Origin: a virus | Reading direction: 5' to 3' (one strand) | UHGV virus genome: UHGV-0332176 | DNA: 64,000 bases | In this document: positions 55,204 through 64,000 of the stretch, piece after piece | How the letters are laid out: each line of letters opens with the position of its first letter | Position numbering within the stretch: position 1 is the first letter of the stretch | Position numbers and translations under genes: made by a program | The notes under the pieces: model-generated | Told to the model about the DNA's origin: nothing | What the model saw: the letters and a program-made list of their open reading frames with translations, nothing else | Databases searched by the model: none

Positions 55204-56151
55204 TTAAAATGGATATTTCCCTATTATTTTTTTGATTTCAATAATGCAAGATATAAAATTAATATCTGGAAAAGCTACAAAATTATGCTGATATAAATAT
55301 TTGGCAATTATAATTAAAATATCATCATATAATTTTTCTTCCGTTGTAATCATTGATAAATGATTATACATAAATTGATATAATGATTCATATTCTTCAT
55401 TAGCAATATTTTGAGCTAATAATTTTTTAAGTGTAAAGCAATCATTATTAATATTATTAATTACTTCACTAAATTTATCATATGCATATGCTGCATCATT
55501 TTTTAAAGGTTGTAAAATATTATTAATTGTATTTTGGTCAATTGCATTAATACAAGCTCTTAAATCAGGCTGATAAATTTCAACATATTTAACGACATCA
55601 TTCATATCATTAACAATAATACGTTCATCTTGTAAAATTTTTGCAATACGTCCAACAAATTCTTCAAATTTTAATGTATTAAAATGATAACGTTGACATC
55701 TTGATGTAATAGCAACATCAATTTGAGCAATATTATTTGTTGTAAAAATAAATCTACACCAATTAGAATATTCTTCTAATACATATTTTAATGATGATTG
55801 AGCTTGTTTAGAAGCTCTTTCAAATTCTTCTAAAATAATAAGTTTTACAGTATCTTTTTCTAATGGTGGAACAGATGCATAATCAATAACTTTACGCATA
55901 TCATCAATAGAAGTCTTATCAGACATATTATAACGAATATAATCAGTTAATTGTAATTCATTAATTAAAACATTAATCGATGAAGATTTTCCTGTTCCAG
56001 GAGGACCATAAAAAATTAAATGTGAATCAATAGTTTTATTAGCAATCCACGTTTTAAATTTATTTTCATATTCATCATTAATATATACTAAATCAGAAAC
56101 AGTTTTTGGTCTATATTTTTCAGTTAATATTTGGTTCATTTTCTTCCTCAT
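55204..56151 (-). CDS. clamp-loader ATPase (RFC small subunit / T4 gp44-like / DnaX-like AAA+)
   Basis: EKYRPKTVSDLV ... HLIFYGPPGTGKSS Walker A; LIILEEFE Walker B-like; SRC motif TSRCQ. Confidence 0.7.
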   Translation of the reverse strand: MRKKMNQILTEKYRPKTVSDLVYINDEYENKFKTWIANKTIDSHLIFYGPPGTGKSSSINVLINELQLTDYIRYNMSDKTSIDDMRKVIDYASVPPLEKDTVKLIILEEFERASKQAQSSLKYVLEEYSNWCRFIFTTNNIAQIDVAITSRCQRYHFNTLKFEEFVGRIAKILQDERIIVNDMNDVVKYVEIYQPDLRACINAIDQNTINNILQPLKNDAAYAYDKFSEVINNINNDCFTLKKLLAQNIANEEYESLYQFMYNHLSMITTEEKLYDDILIIIAKYLYQHNFVAFPDINFISCIIEIKKIIGKYPF

Positions 56152-56590
56152 TAATAATTTCTAAAGGTTTAATATCAAAAGCACATTCTGGGTATACAGC
56201 AACCCCTTTTATATCATAATCATAAATTTCATTTTTTTCATTAATATTTCCAACACCGAATGAACAACAATATAAAGAAATGTTATTAGATAACATATTA
56301 TTAACTATGTTAGAAGCAACAGAAAATTTTTCACTACAAATTTCTCCCTCAATCCATAAATTATTATTTTCCATATAAACTTTTGATACTTTACCACAAA
56401 TAATTTCAGGTGGTATAAAACCATCTGAAGAAGGAAAATCTAATGTAATAGGAATTACATTGTTTTTTAAATTATTATATACCTTTTCCACTTCTTTTAA
56501 TGGATATATTCTATTATTCCTATTTAATTCATCTGCTTTTAAACAACAACTTTTAATTTTTACATTTTTATTCATTTGATATTTCCTCAT
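56120..56590 (-). CDS. hypothetical protein
   Basis: ORF. Confidence 0.45.
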   Translation of the reverse strand: MRKYQMNKNVKIKSCCLKADELNRNNRIYPLKEVEKVYNNLKNNVIPITLDFPSSDGFIPPEIICGKVSKVYMENNNLWIEGEICSEKFSVASNIVNNMLSNNISLYCCSFGVGNINEKNEIYDYDIKGVAVYPECAFDIKPLEIINEEENEPNIN

Positions 56591-56873
56591 TATTTTTATA
56601 AATGCTAAAACTATCTGAAATTAATTTTGCATCACCTCTGACATAAGATTCACTATAATCAATATCAAAATCAACTTCTTTTAAAAATTTTAAAAACTTT
56701 TTTTCATTAACATCTTTAAATTCGCAAATATCTTCAATTGTTGATTTTTCTAGCAATACAAATGCAACATTACCTTCTTTATCAAATTGCATTTGATAAA
56801 TTGGAATTGAAAAACGTCTGTTATCATAAATAAAATCACAAAACATACTAAATTCTGGCATTTTTTCAGTCAT
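56568..56873 (-). CDS. hypothetical protein
   Basis: ORF. Confidence 0.45.
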   Translation of the reverse strand: MTEKMPEFSMFCDFIYDNRRFSIPIYQMQFDKEGNVAFVLLEKSTIEDICEFKDVNEKKFLKFLKEVDFDIDYSESYVRGDAKLISDSFSIYKNNEEISNE

Positions 56874-56877
56874 TATT

Positions 56878-57246
56878 TTACCTCATTAATATTAAACCAA
56901 ATATTCCTAAACAACATATACCAATAAATGATAAAATTGTCAAGAAAATTATTTTTAACGGATTGAATTTCTTTTTCGTTGTATTCCATTCTTCCCAATG
57001 TTTTTGAACAAAACATTTTAATTCAATATCATTTGGTAAATGGTCTTTTCCAAATAAAGCATATAATTCTGGATATTTTCTTTTATCAAAAATTTTATTT
57101 GGAACCCATTTAATATAACTTTCGGGAACTGCTCCATCAACAGTCATCGTAAAACCAATTGGAGTTGTATCTTCAATAGGAATATTTTTATTAAAATCCC
57201 ATAAATCTTTTCTTTTGGTAGCTTTAATAACCGTAATTCTTTCCAT
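56878..57246 (-). CDS. hypothetical protein with a C-terminal transmembrane helix
   Basis: IIFLTILSFIGICCLGIFGLIL. Confidence 0.45.
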   Translation of the reverse strand: MERITVIKATKRKDLWDFNKNIPIEDTTPIGFTMTVDGAVPESYIKWVPNKIFDKRKYPELYALFGKDHLPNDIELKCFVQKHWEEWNTTKKKFNPLKIIFLTILSFIGICCLGIFGLILMR

Positions 57247-57258
57247 AATATTAATCCT

Positions 57259-57636
57259 TTATGTATTATTGAATATACCAAATACTTTTTCTTTTTCCCA
57301 ACACGCAACTGAACCTTCTTCACTACCATCGGGAAGTTTAAAACAATCAGTATCTCTTAAAACATCTCCTAATGATGTATAAACAAATTTCCAACCTGAT
57401 TCTTTTAATTTATTAATTTTTTCTTCTGATTCTTTTAAATAATCTATCCATTCTTGATTAAAAGGGAGTCCATATTTTTCAGAATCTTCTTTTTGAACTT
57501 GAATTTCTTCTTCAATAGTTCTAAAATTCTCAGGAACACATAAATCTGGTTGTTCTGTATATACTTCCCATTCTTCAAAATCAGGATATTCTTCCATTCT
57601 TTTTTGAATTTCTTTTAATAATGTTTTAACTTTCAT
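57259..57636 (-). CDS. hypothetical protein
   Basis: ORF. Confidence 0.45.
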   Translation of the reverse strand: MKVKTLLKEIQKRMEEYPDFEEWEVYTEQPDLCVPENFRTIEEEIQVQKEDSEKYGLPFNQEWIDYLKESEEKINKLKESGWKFVYTSLGDVLRDTDCFKLPDGSEEGSVACWEKEKVFGIFNNT

Positions 57637-57910
57637 TTGAATATCTCTTTGCTTTAATTGTTAAACCATCTGCCATTATATTTGTAATTTTAAAAGGTAT
57701 ACCTGAATCAGAATTAAATATATATCCTATTTGAATTTTAGATGGTAATAAATTTTTTCTAAATTCCATTGATTTTTTATTAGGAACTGCATATAAAGAT
57801 TCCCAATAATATTCTAATTCTTGTGCATCTTCTTTTGAAATTATTACGTGATAATTTCTTTTCTTTTCAAAGTATGTTTTATTAAAAATTTTTAATAACC
57901 ATTTAAACAT
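57626..57910 (-). CDS. hypothetical protein
   Basis: ORF. Confidence 0.4.
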   Translation of the reverse strand: MFKWLLKIFNKTYFEKKRNYHVIISKEDAQELEYYWESLYAVPNKKSMEFRKNLLPSKIQIGYIFNSDSGIPFKITNIMADGLTIKAKRYSNES

Positions 57911-58319
57911 TTTTCAATTCCTCATTTAAAATTTGTTGAGCATATTCACCTCTATCAGCAATTCTTTCAATAATTCGTGCTGAAGGGTCATTTGTATTCA
58001 TCATAGCATACTTTAATGTTTCAGTATCTTTATAAATATGCTTTCCTGTTGCATAAAAATTTAATCCTTTTATAAGAGTTTCAATTATATCATTACATTG
58101 ACATACTTGATAAATTAAATCATCCAAATAACACCATTCATCACAATGTTCTAAATAATTCCAAGCTATATCTGTACCAACACCTCTATCATTAAGATAG
58201 AAACAATCATATTTTGGTTCTTGATTGTCTATATCATCACCAAAAGGTGTATTAAATTTAAATACAATGTAAGAATAAGTTATAGGTTCTTCTTTATTTG
58301 TATGCCAAATATTATCCAT
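57903..58319 (-). CDS. hypothetical protein
   Basis: ORF. Confidence 0.45.
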   Translation of the reverse strand: MDNIWHTNKEEPITYSYIVFKFNTPFGDDIDNQEPKYDCFYLNDRGVGTDIAWNYLEHCDEWCYLDDLIYQVCQCNDIIETLIKGLNFYATGKHIYKDTETLKYAMMNTNDPSARIIERIADRGEYAQQILNEELKNV

Positions 58320-58677
58320 TATTTTCTCCTGAATATTGAACTTTTATATTAAATATTTGTCCTGTTAATTTTGTTAAAGGTGCAACTGTAACTAAAGTAT
58401 GATGACACCATACAGGAAAACAATAACCTAATATTTTTTGACAATATTTTTTATACCTTCTCCAAGATATTTTATTAAAATGAGTCTGAAAATATAAAAA
58501 ATCGGGATGTTCTTGGCAAAAAATATCATAATCAATTTCCCTGCTTAAATGTCTAAAAGCATATTCTTCACTAAAAATATTATACCCAATACGGTCTTCA
58601 AACATTGTTTTTTTATATTCTCGTTGAGAAAAAATATCTTTTAAAATATCATAAAGTCGTATCATCAATAATTCCAA
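58312..58677 (-). CDS. hypothetical protein
   Basis: ORF. Confidence 0.45.
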   Translation of the reverse strand: MELLMIRLYDILKDIFSQREYKKTMFEDRIGYNIFSEEYAFRHLSREIDYDIFCQEHPDFLYFQTHFNKISWRRYKKYCQKILGYCFPVWCHHTLVTVAPLTKLTGQIFNIKVQYSGENNG

Positions 58678-59035
58678 ATTCTTTTAATTGTGTTGGCATT
58701 GTTTTAGAAACAGCCATTAAACCTTCTTTTAATGATTTAGGAGAAATATACCATAAAGTTTCATCTTTTTCATTAATTGTCATAGCCATTGAAGTTGACC
58801 AATGTCCGTGTCTTAATAAAACCCAATCTCCAACATCAATATAATTAATATTATCAGATTTATAAAAAACCTTTGCCCATCGTGGTCTAGCAAAATGTCC
58901 TTCATAATCCATTTTTTCAGCTGGTACAATAAAACCAGATTTTAAAGTTCTTTCACCATATTCTATATTTTTAACAAATAATGAATTTGGTAAACATTCA
59001 ATATAATGTGGTATAGTTACTCCAAAATCAATCAT
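58649..59035 (-). CDS. hypothetical protein; possibly a GroES/gp31-like co-chaperonin, weak
   Basis: Beta-rich; GFIVPAEK...RPRWAKVF...VGDWVLL resembles the cpn10 pattern. Low certainty. Confidence 0.4.
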   Translation of the reverse strand: MIDFGVTIPHYIECLPNSLFVKNIEYGERTLKSGFIVPAEKMDYEGHFARPRWAKVFYKSDNINYIDVGDWVLLRHGHWSTSMAMTINEKDETLWYISPKSLKEGLMAVSKTMPTQLKEFGIIDDTTL

Positions 59036-59043
59036 TTTAATCC

Positions 59044-59397
59044 TTAATTTTCTTCTTTAGTTTCATTTTCATCTGTTGCTTCAATTTTCTTTTTTGATGG
59101 TTTTGCAACTTTAATAGTTTGGTTTTTAATTAATGATTCAACAGTCATATCTTTTAACTCATCTTCAATTTTTGCGTTTTCTTCAATATTATCTTTCATA
59201 TTAACAGTTGCTTGCTGAATCGTATTAGCATTATAATATTTTTCGAGCATTTCTTCTCTGGTTTCAACAATTTTTCCACCACGACCGAGCCTATCACCAC
59301 GACCATTCATATGAGCATTCCCTAATGCAACAGTTTTTTCATTTTTTTTAGCTAAAGAAATCATATCAACTTCTTTACCTCTATAACTTTTAACCAT
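59044..59397 (-). CDS. hypothetical basic protein
   Basis: ORF. Confidence 0.45.
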   Translation of the reverse strand: MVKSYRGKEVDMISLAKKNEKTVALGNAHMNGRGDRLGRGGKIVETREEMLEKYYNANTIQQATVNMKDNIEENAKIEDELKDMTVESLIKNQTIKVAKPSKKKIEATDENETKEEN

Positions 59398-59771
59398 TAT
59401 TTTTCTCCTTTTTCAAACATTTTACAATGACAATGACCTGTTTTTTCCATATCTTCTTTAATGAATACACAAGGACACCTAATATCTTCTAATTCACTCG
59501 GTTTATTTTTTTGATATATGGTATATTTACAAGGACAATAACCTTCACATTTGTTTACAGCATCATACATTTTGTCAAAAATTTTACCTAATTTGTATCC
59601 ATTTTCTTTTGCATAATTTTCATACCATTCTTTTGTATGTAATTGAGCTTCATTTTGAATATTATAAATAAATTCAATTATTTTTATCTTTTTTTCTTCT
59701 GATATTCCATCACCTAAAAACTCGTTCATTTTCGGTAATAAAATATTAACATAATCTTCTTTTTTTAACAT
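59397..59771 (-). CDS. Cys-rich protein with a CPC...CPC...CHC motif, resembling the ferredoxin-thioredoxin-reductase catalytic subunit
   Basis: CEGYCPCKYTIYQKNKPSELEDIRCPCVFIKEDMEKTGHCHC. Confidence 0.45.
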   Translation of the reverse strand: MLKKEDYVNILLPKMNEFLGDGISEEKKIKIIEFIYNIQNEAQLHTKEWYENYAKENGYKLGKIFDKMYDAVNKCEGYCPCKYTIYQKNKPSELEDIRCPCVFIKEDMEKTGHCHCKMFEKGEK

Positions 59772-60239
59772 TTAATTTTCTCCATTATTTTTTAATGATT
59801 TTACATCAAAAACAAACCCTTTACAATATAATTCATCATCTTCTATAATATCAAACCATTCACAAGGAATATTTGTTTCATATTTAAATTGAGCATCAGA
59901 AGGATGTTTAATTTTAATAAATGTATTTTCATTTAATTTTAAAGCATTTTTAATTGTTTTATAAAAAACAGGATAATCATAATTAATTGTATCTAATAAA
60001 TCATCAATTTTCTTAATACTTACAAATTCAGATTCTTCTGGATACCAAATAAAATGTGCATCTGAATAACAATCATATTCAAGTCGTAATGCTCCATTTA
60101 ATTCAAATAAATCATCGCTATAACCATATGCAATAACTATTCCATTTTCTTTCATTTCTTGAAGTAAATCTTTATCAAAATTATCACCATAATTATGATT
60201 ATTTAATAAGTCAGCATATTCTTTTAATGTTCTTTTCAT
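59772..60239 (-). CDS. hypothetical protein
   Basis: ORF. Confidence 0.45.
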   Translation of the reverse strand: MKRTLKEYADLLNNHNYGDNFDKDLLQEMKENGIVIAYGYSDDLFELNGALRLEYDCYSDAHFIWYPEESEFVSIKKIDDLLDTINYDYPVFYKTIKNALKLNENTFIKIKHPSDAQFKYETNIPCEWFDIIEDDELYCKGFVFDVKSLKNNGEN

Positions 60240-60251
60240 CTTTCAATTTCC

Positions 60252-61277
60252 TTATAAATCATCAGTATCTATTATTAAGTTTGGATTAAATTTTACATCA
60301 TTTTCTTTAAATGGTTCACCATATGCACAATAACCCATTGCATTAATAATATATCGTTTATTATTACCAAACACAAAATCTTTTCGGCAATGAACGTGTC
60401 CAGAAATTACTAATTTAATATTATCAAATTCATTAACCCAATCTTCTAAATCAGAAACATAACTAGCATTTGCTTTATGATGTTTGTACGTGTCATCAAT
60501 ACATTGTGGAGATAAACAATGATGTGTTAATAAAATAATTTTGCATTTAGGATTAATTGCTAAAATTTCATTATAACATCTTTTAACTTCCTCTTTTGCT
60601 TTATTATGTAATTCTAAATATAAATTTGGAGTAATGTTTCTTGATGGAGTTTCCCACCCCCATTTAAAATCATTTAATGATTCTTTAGCAACTAACATAT
60701 TTTCTCTAAATATCATTTCAGGAGTTAATTCGGTTGCAGGTACATATTCCTTACCTTTATCCCCTAAATACATATTAATCCAAATATTATATGCTTTCTG
60801 TCGATTATTATATTCTTCAAGTGTTAAATCAGTATATTCATAATTAGTAAAGAATGTTGAACCAATAACTGCAACATCTTCTTTATTTGATAGAAATGTC
60901 CAATCATTTTCCAGATATGTATAATACATATGAGTTTTAGGATATGCTTGTCTTAATTCATCCTGTAATTCATATATAGTTTTTCTTCCTTTTTGATAAA
61001 CTAAATGATTCCCTTCAATAAATATAACTCTTTCATTCGGAAAAAAACCTTCTAAAAATGCTTGAGTATAATCTAAACCTGTTGCCATATCACCTGCAAT
61101 CAATGTTACACAATCATCTTCGTGTTTAAGTTTTCTTTTATAATAGTGGTAAAAAGATGAATGATTAATAGGTAAATTACCATTAATTCCATCTGTAAAA
61201 TGTATATCACTCATTATTCTAATTTTCATAATAAACTCCATATTAATAATACTAATAATATTAAGCATATAAACCAT
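60252..61277 (-). CDS. calcineurin-like metallophosphoesterase
   Basis: IMSDIHF, AGDMATG, IEGNHL, LLTHH, SGHVH. Confidence 0.65.
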   Translation of the reverse strand: MVYMLNIISIINMEFIMKIRIMSDIHFTDGINGNLPINHSSFYHYYKRKLKHEDDCVTLIAGDMATGLDYTQAFLEGFFPNERVIFIEGNHLVYQKGRKTIYELQDELRQAYPKTHMYYTYLENDWTFLSNKEDVAVIGSTFFTNYEYTDLTLEEYNNRQKAYNIWINMYLGDKGKEYVPATELTPEMIFRENMLVAKESLNDFKWGWETPSRNITPNLYLELHNKAKEEVKRCYNEILAINPKCKIILLTHHCLSPQCIDDTYKHHKANASYVSDLEDWVNEFDNIKLVISGHVHCRKDFVFGNNKRYIINAMGYCAYGEPFKENDVKFNPNLIIDTDDL

Positions 61278-61381
61278 ATAATATATTCTATATCTAATTC
61301 ATCACTAAATGAATCAAACTTTCCTAATTCTATGTCATATTCATTTTCTTCATTATACATAAAATTTCTCAAAAAATAAAA

Positions 61382-62209
61382 TTATTTTATATTAAAATAT
61401 TCATCAAAATGAATTTCTAACACTTTAGCTTTTAAATCTTCGATTGTGCCATTATTTTCAAAAATATGCGTTGGATTATCAATGCCAACCCATCTCCATT
61501 CAGATTCGTGGATATTTTTAATTTCTGAAATTTCATCTTCTATAATCCAGTGTGCTGTGTTAGTATTACCATCAAAAGAACATAACCAATGTTCACCGTT
61601 ATACATATAATCTGATTTGGTACTAATAATTGAGCAAGTATTATATTTTTTTAATTTAATAGAAGATGGAATTTCTTTAAAATTCTTATAAGTTCCAATA
61701 AAGTTCGCATTTTCTGGAAAATTATTCCAAATTTTTCTATGTTCTTCAACTTTTCTAAACCATTTTGGTAATTTCCCACGCTCAACTCGCCAAATTTCAC
61801 CACCAATTCTTTTAATCATTTCAATTTCATTTGGAAAACGAACATCAGTAATAACAATATTTTTATCACTTTCCAAAATCTTTCTTTCAAGACAATCAAC
61901 CCAAATATTTTGATGTAATTGATTTCTTAAAAGATTAGTTCCTAAAAATTGTAAAGCATATCTTGGTGTAAAATCTTTACCCATTTTTTCTGACCAAAAT
62001 TTATCTGGTTGTTCTCTAATAGCTCTATCTTCAGGTGTTTCACCAGCAAGCATTTTCCTATCAAAACCAAATAATAGTGATGCTACATCTTTTAAATGAC
62101 TCGCAAATGACATTTTTTCCCAATTAGGTAAATTGTTAACTAAAATATCACCAACTGTATCTTTGCCAGCTCCCGCTAAACCACAAATACCAATAATTTT
62201 TTTATTCAT
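61382..62209 (-). CDS. deoxynucleoside monophosphate kinase (T4 gp1-like)
   Basis: P-loop GICGLAGAGKDT and the ITDVRFPNE motif. Confidence 0.65.
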   Translation of the reverse strand: MNKKIIGICGLAGAGKDTVGDILVNNLPNWEKMSFASHLKDVASLLFGFDRKMLAGETPEDRAIREQPDKFWSEKMGKDFTPRYALQFLGTNLLRNQLHQNIWVDCLERKILESDKNIVITDVRFPNEIEMIKRIGGEIWRVERGKLPKWFRKVEEHRKIWNNFPENANFIGTYKNFKEIPSSIKLKKYNTCSIISTKSDYMYNGEHWLCSFDGNTNTAHWIIEDEISEIKNIHESEWRWVGIDNPTHIFENNGTIEDLKAKVLEIHFDEYFNIK

Positions 62210-62296
62210 ATTTTTTCCTTACACTCATATATTCTTATAATTTTTAACATACAAAAATGCCTTTGTCAAGTTAATTTAACAAAGGCATTAAATATA

Positions 62297-63247
62297 TTAT
62301 CTAATAAGTAATGATTCATATGGTGTGAGATTTTCCCAACTTGAAAAAACATATATATCACTTTCATCTTTAAATGCAAATTCCATATTAATTATAACAA
62401 GTCTGTCCAAGCTATTTATATTAATATTTTTAATTCTTGCAGTTAAATTATTAGGAAGATATTGACAAAATTTATTAACAATATGTTGAGAGTGAGTTGC
62501 AATATCTTCATCTAAATTGAAATTCCATTCAGTTGTTGTTTCATCAGAATTTTTTAAAAATTCTTTCATTGCTTTTTTAATTTTTTTATTTCCCCATTTA
62601 TTCATTTCAAGTCTAGCTTTATTTAATTCAAATTTATTTTCTTTATCATAAAAATCATTATTATTAAAATCCTCAATGGATAAAATTGAATTTTCTAAAA
62701 ATTGTTTATCATCATCATTATGATTATATTTAGAATGATACATTAATGGTGTACCTGTTAAAGTTATTTTTTTTAAATATTCAGAATTTAAATCAATTGT
62801 ACGAAATTGTTTATTTAATTCTGTTTGCTTTGTAGGATTAATTTCTCCACCATATTTTTTAAAAGCATCAGCAAATGTTATGGGTTTTTCTTTCTTTTTA
62901 ATTTTTTTTAAAATTTTTTTTGTAAAATCTTTAACTTTTGAAAAGAAAATATCTAATTTTTTATTATTTTTTGAAATTTTATTAATTGGATTTTTAAAAT
63001 TAGAATTTTGATAATATTTTTCTAACGCATCCATAACATCATTATTAATATAATTTGTTATAATATCATTTGAAATACCTGAATTTACAATTTGTTCATA
63101 TTCTATATTCTCTTTAATAGACTGCGGTGATACTCCTGAATTATATAAAATTTTTGCAATAAGTTGAAGAAATTCATTTTTATATTTCTTCCATATTTTA
63201 TCATCATTTTTATACATATTTTTATATACTTTAAATAAACTAAACAT
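62297..63247 (-). CDS. hypothetical K/N-rich protein
   Basis: 316-aa ORF. Confidence 0.5.
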   Translation of the reverse strand: MFSLFKVYKNMYKNDDKIWKKYKNEFLQLIAKILYNSGVSPQSIKENIEYEQIVNSGISNDIITNYINNDVMDALEKYYQNSNFKNPINKISKNNKKLDIFFSKVKDFTKKILKKIKKKEKPITFADAFKKYGGEINPTKQTELNKQFRTIDLNSEYLKKITLTGTPLMYHSKYNHNDDDKQFLENSILSIEDFNNNDFYDKENKFELNKARLEMNKWGNKKIKKAMKEFLKNSDETTTEWNFNLDEDIATHSQHIVNKFCQYLPNNLTARIKNININSLDRLVIINMEFAFKDESDIYVFSSWENLTPYESLLIR

Positions 63248-63437
63248 TTTTTATCTCTCCTTAAAAAGTTAATAAGCAAAGTTAAACTTTTTACTCGTAA
63301 AAGTTAAATTTTAAATCTAACTTTGCTCAATTAGTTTATTTAGTATAATAAATAGGAAAAAATTAATCAAAATAAAAAATAGTATTTTTTACTTCTATTT
63401 TTGCAAGTATATTGGGGAAATTAAATCAAAGATAAAA

Positions 63438-63524
63438 TGGTGGGCATACCGAGAGTCGAACTCGGATGAGGATACCCCCGACAGATTTTAAGTCTGTTGC
63501 GTCTACCAATTCCGCCATACGCCC
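63438..63524 (-). tRNA. tRNA-Leu(UAA), class II with long variable arm and encoded CCA
   Basis: Reverse complement gggcgta..acaga-ctTAAaa-tctgt..cgggggtatcctcatccg..gag-ttcgact-ctc..tatgccc-a-cca. Confidence 0.65.
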
Positions 63525-63765
63525 TTAATAATTTTATTTATATTATATTTAAATATTATTATCAATATATTATAAATCACTTCTGCTCTGCAAAAACATT
63601 TTTGCTTGTATATTTAAATTATCATCCTTATTTAACTGCTACCTCAATTAACGGACATATTATTTGCAAGAGTAATTAATCCTTGGAAAATAAATGGTAG
63701 CTTTATTTCTGTAACTAATTACTGTGATTACCTCTACGTTCATATATATAACATTATATTTTTTA

Positions 63766-64000
63766 ATTGTCAATACTTTTTTTATTATTTTTTTTACTTA
63801 CTAATTTATTTAAAAATTTCATTAATTGTTGTTTATCACAATCCATTAAATCGTTAAAATTTTTATAACTCATATGATTAAGTAAATCGTGATAACATCC
63901 TTCACAAACCTCTATTCCAAATAAATCAAATAAAGGTTCATCATCTTCATTCGGACATAAAAAACATCTTCCTTTTTTATTTAAATTATCTTTTTCATAA
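63766..64000 (-). CDS. partial CDS (C-terminal part) with a CxxC Zn-ribbon-like motif; continues beyond the window
   Basis: Minus-strand frame ...FGIEVCEGCYHDLLNHMSYKNFNDLMDCDKQQLMKFLNKLVSKKNNKKSIDN*. Confidence 0.35.

Noticed and set aside
3230-63679. Numerous short ORFs nested antisense or out of frame inside longer genes (3230-3430, 3995-4237, 6309-6572, 6314-6565, 11735-11920, 12066-12251, 13014-13223, 13326-13553, 14397-14735, 18067-18279, 23866-24129, 30767-31021, 33751-34038, 35565-35798, 35624-35824, 36154-36342, 39689-39889, 42289-42606, 44525-44710, 49828-50031, 49900-50094, 57144-57329, 60634-60843, 63497-63679)
   Set aside because: Each is fully contained in, or antisense to, a longer and better-supported gene or RNA; typical spurious ORFs in AT-rich DNA.
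1-64000. Alternative genetic code or suppressor tRNAs (prompted by the odd UAG, CAA and UGA anticodon tRNAs)
   Set aside because: Large ORFs (up to 918 aa) are intact under the standard code, and anticodons UAG, CAA and UGA decode sense codons, not stops.
1-64000. CRISPR array, integrase or attachment site, toxin-antitoxin pairs
   Set aside because: No regularly spaced direct repeats with unique spacers, no tyrosine or serine recombinase signature, and no obvious toxin-antitoxin gene pairs seen by eye.

Overview
AT-rich (about 28% GC) segment of a large virulent-type phage genome, written in the standard genetic code, since the large ORFs are intact. Reading left to right it contains: (i) an RNA-gene island at 260-2430 holding tRNA-Ser and tRNA-Thr flanking an HNH endonuclease, six tandem copies of a repeated RNA module whose flanking arms covary, and an unexplained GC-enriched structured region; (ii) directly downstream, a Ro60-like protein (TROVE plus vWA domains), so the module array is best explained as Y-RNA-like / tRNA-like RNAs; (iii) a block of small plus-strand early-type genes with a NADAR domain protein, a YqeY protein, a bactofilin-like protein, a second HNH endonuclease and three more tRNAs; (iv) a large receptor-binding and tail-fiber region on both strands, with three discoidin-type RBPs, many paralogous fiber C-terminal modules and two near-identical tail-collar genes flanking an inverted fiber cassette; (v) embedded in that region, a tight plus-strand operon of six paralogous small radical-SAM enzymes (CxxxCxxC plus GGE motifs, and a conserved C-terminal CGH...CxxC cysteine cluster in five of the six) together with unknown partner genes, which I cannot place in any family I recognise; (vi) a minus-strand circularly permuted two-piece tmRNA gene with its own promoter, a G3.U70 acceptor pair, the tag ANENVNYNYNVIAA* and a terminator; (vii) a GIY-YIG endonuclease followed by a complete diversity-generating retroelement, with TR at 47708-47822, an RT carrying the IGxxxSQ and YCDD motifs, and a VR at the 3' end of a convergent minus-strand C-type-lectin-fold target gene that differs from TR only at adenine positions; (viii) a minus-strand replication and nucleotide-metabolism block with a clamp-loader ATPase, a T4 gp1-like dNMP kinase, a metallophosphoesterase, an FTR-like CPC/CHC protein and two more tRNAs. 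Sigma70-like extended -10 promoters and several conserved palindromes are visible. No CRISPR array and no integrase were found.
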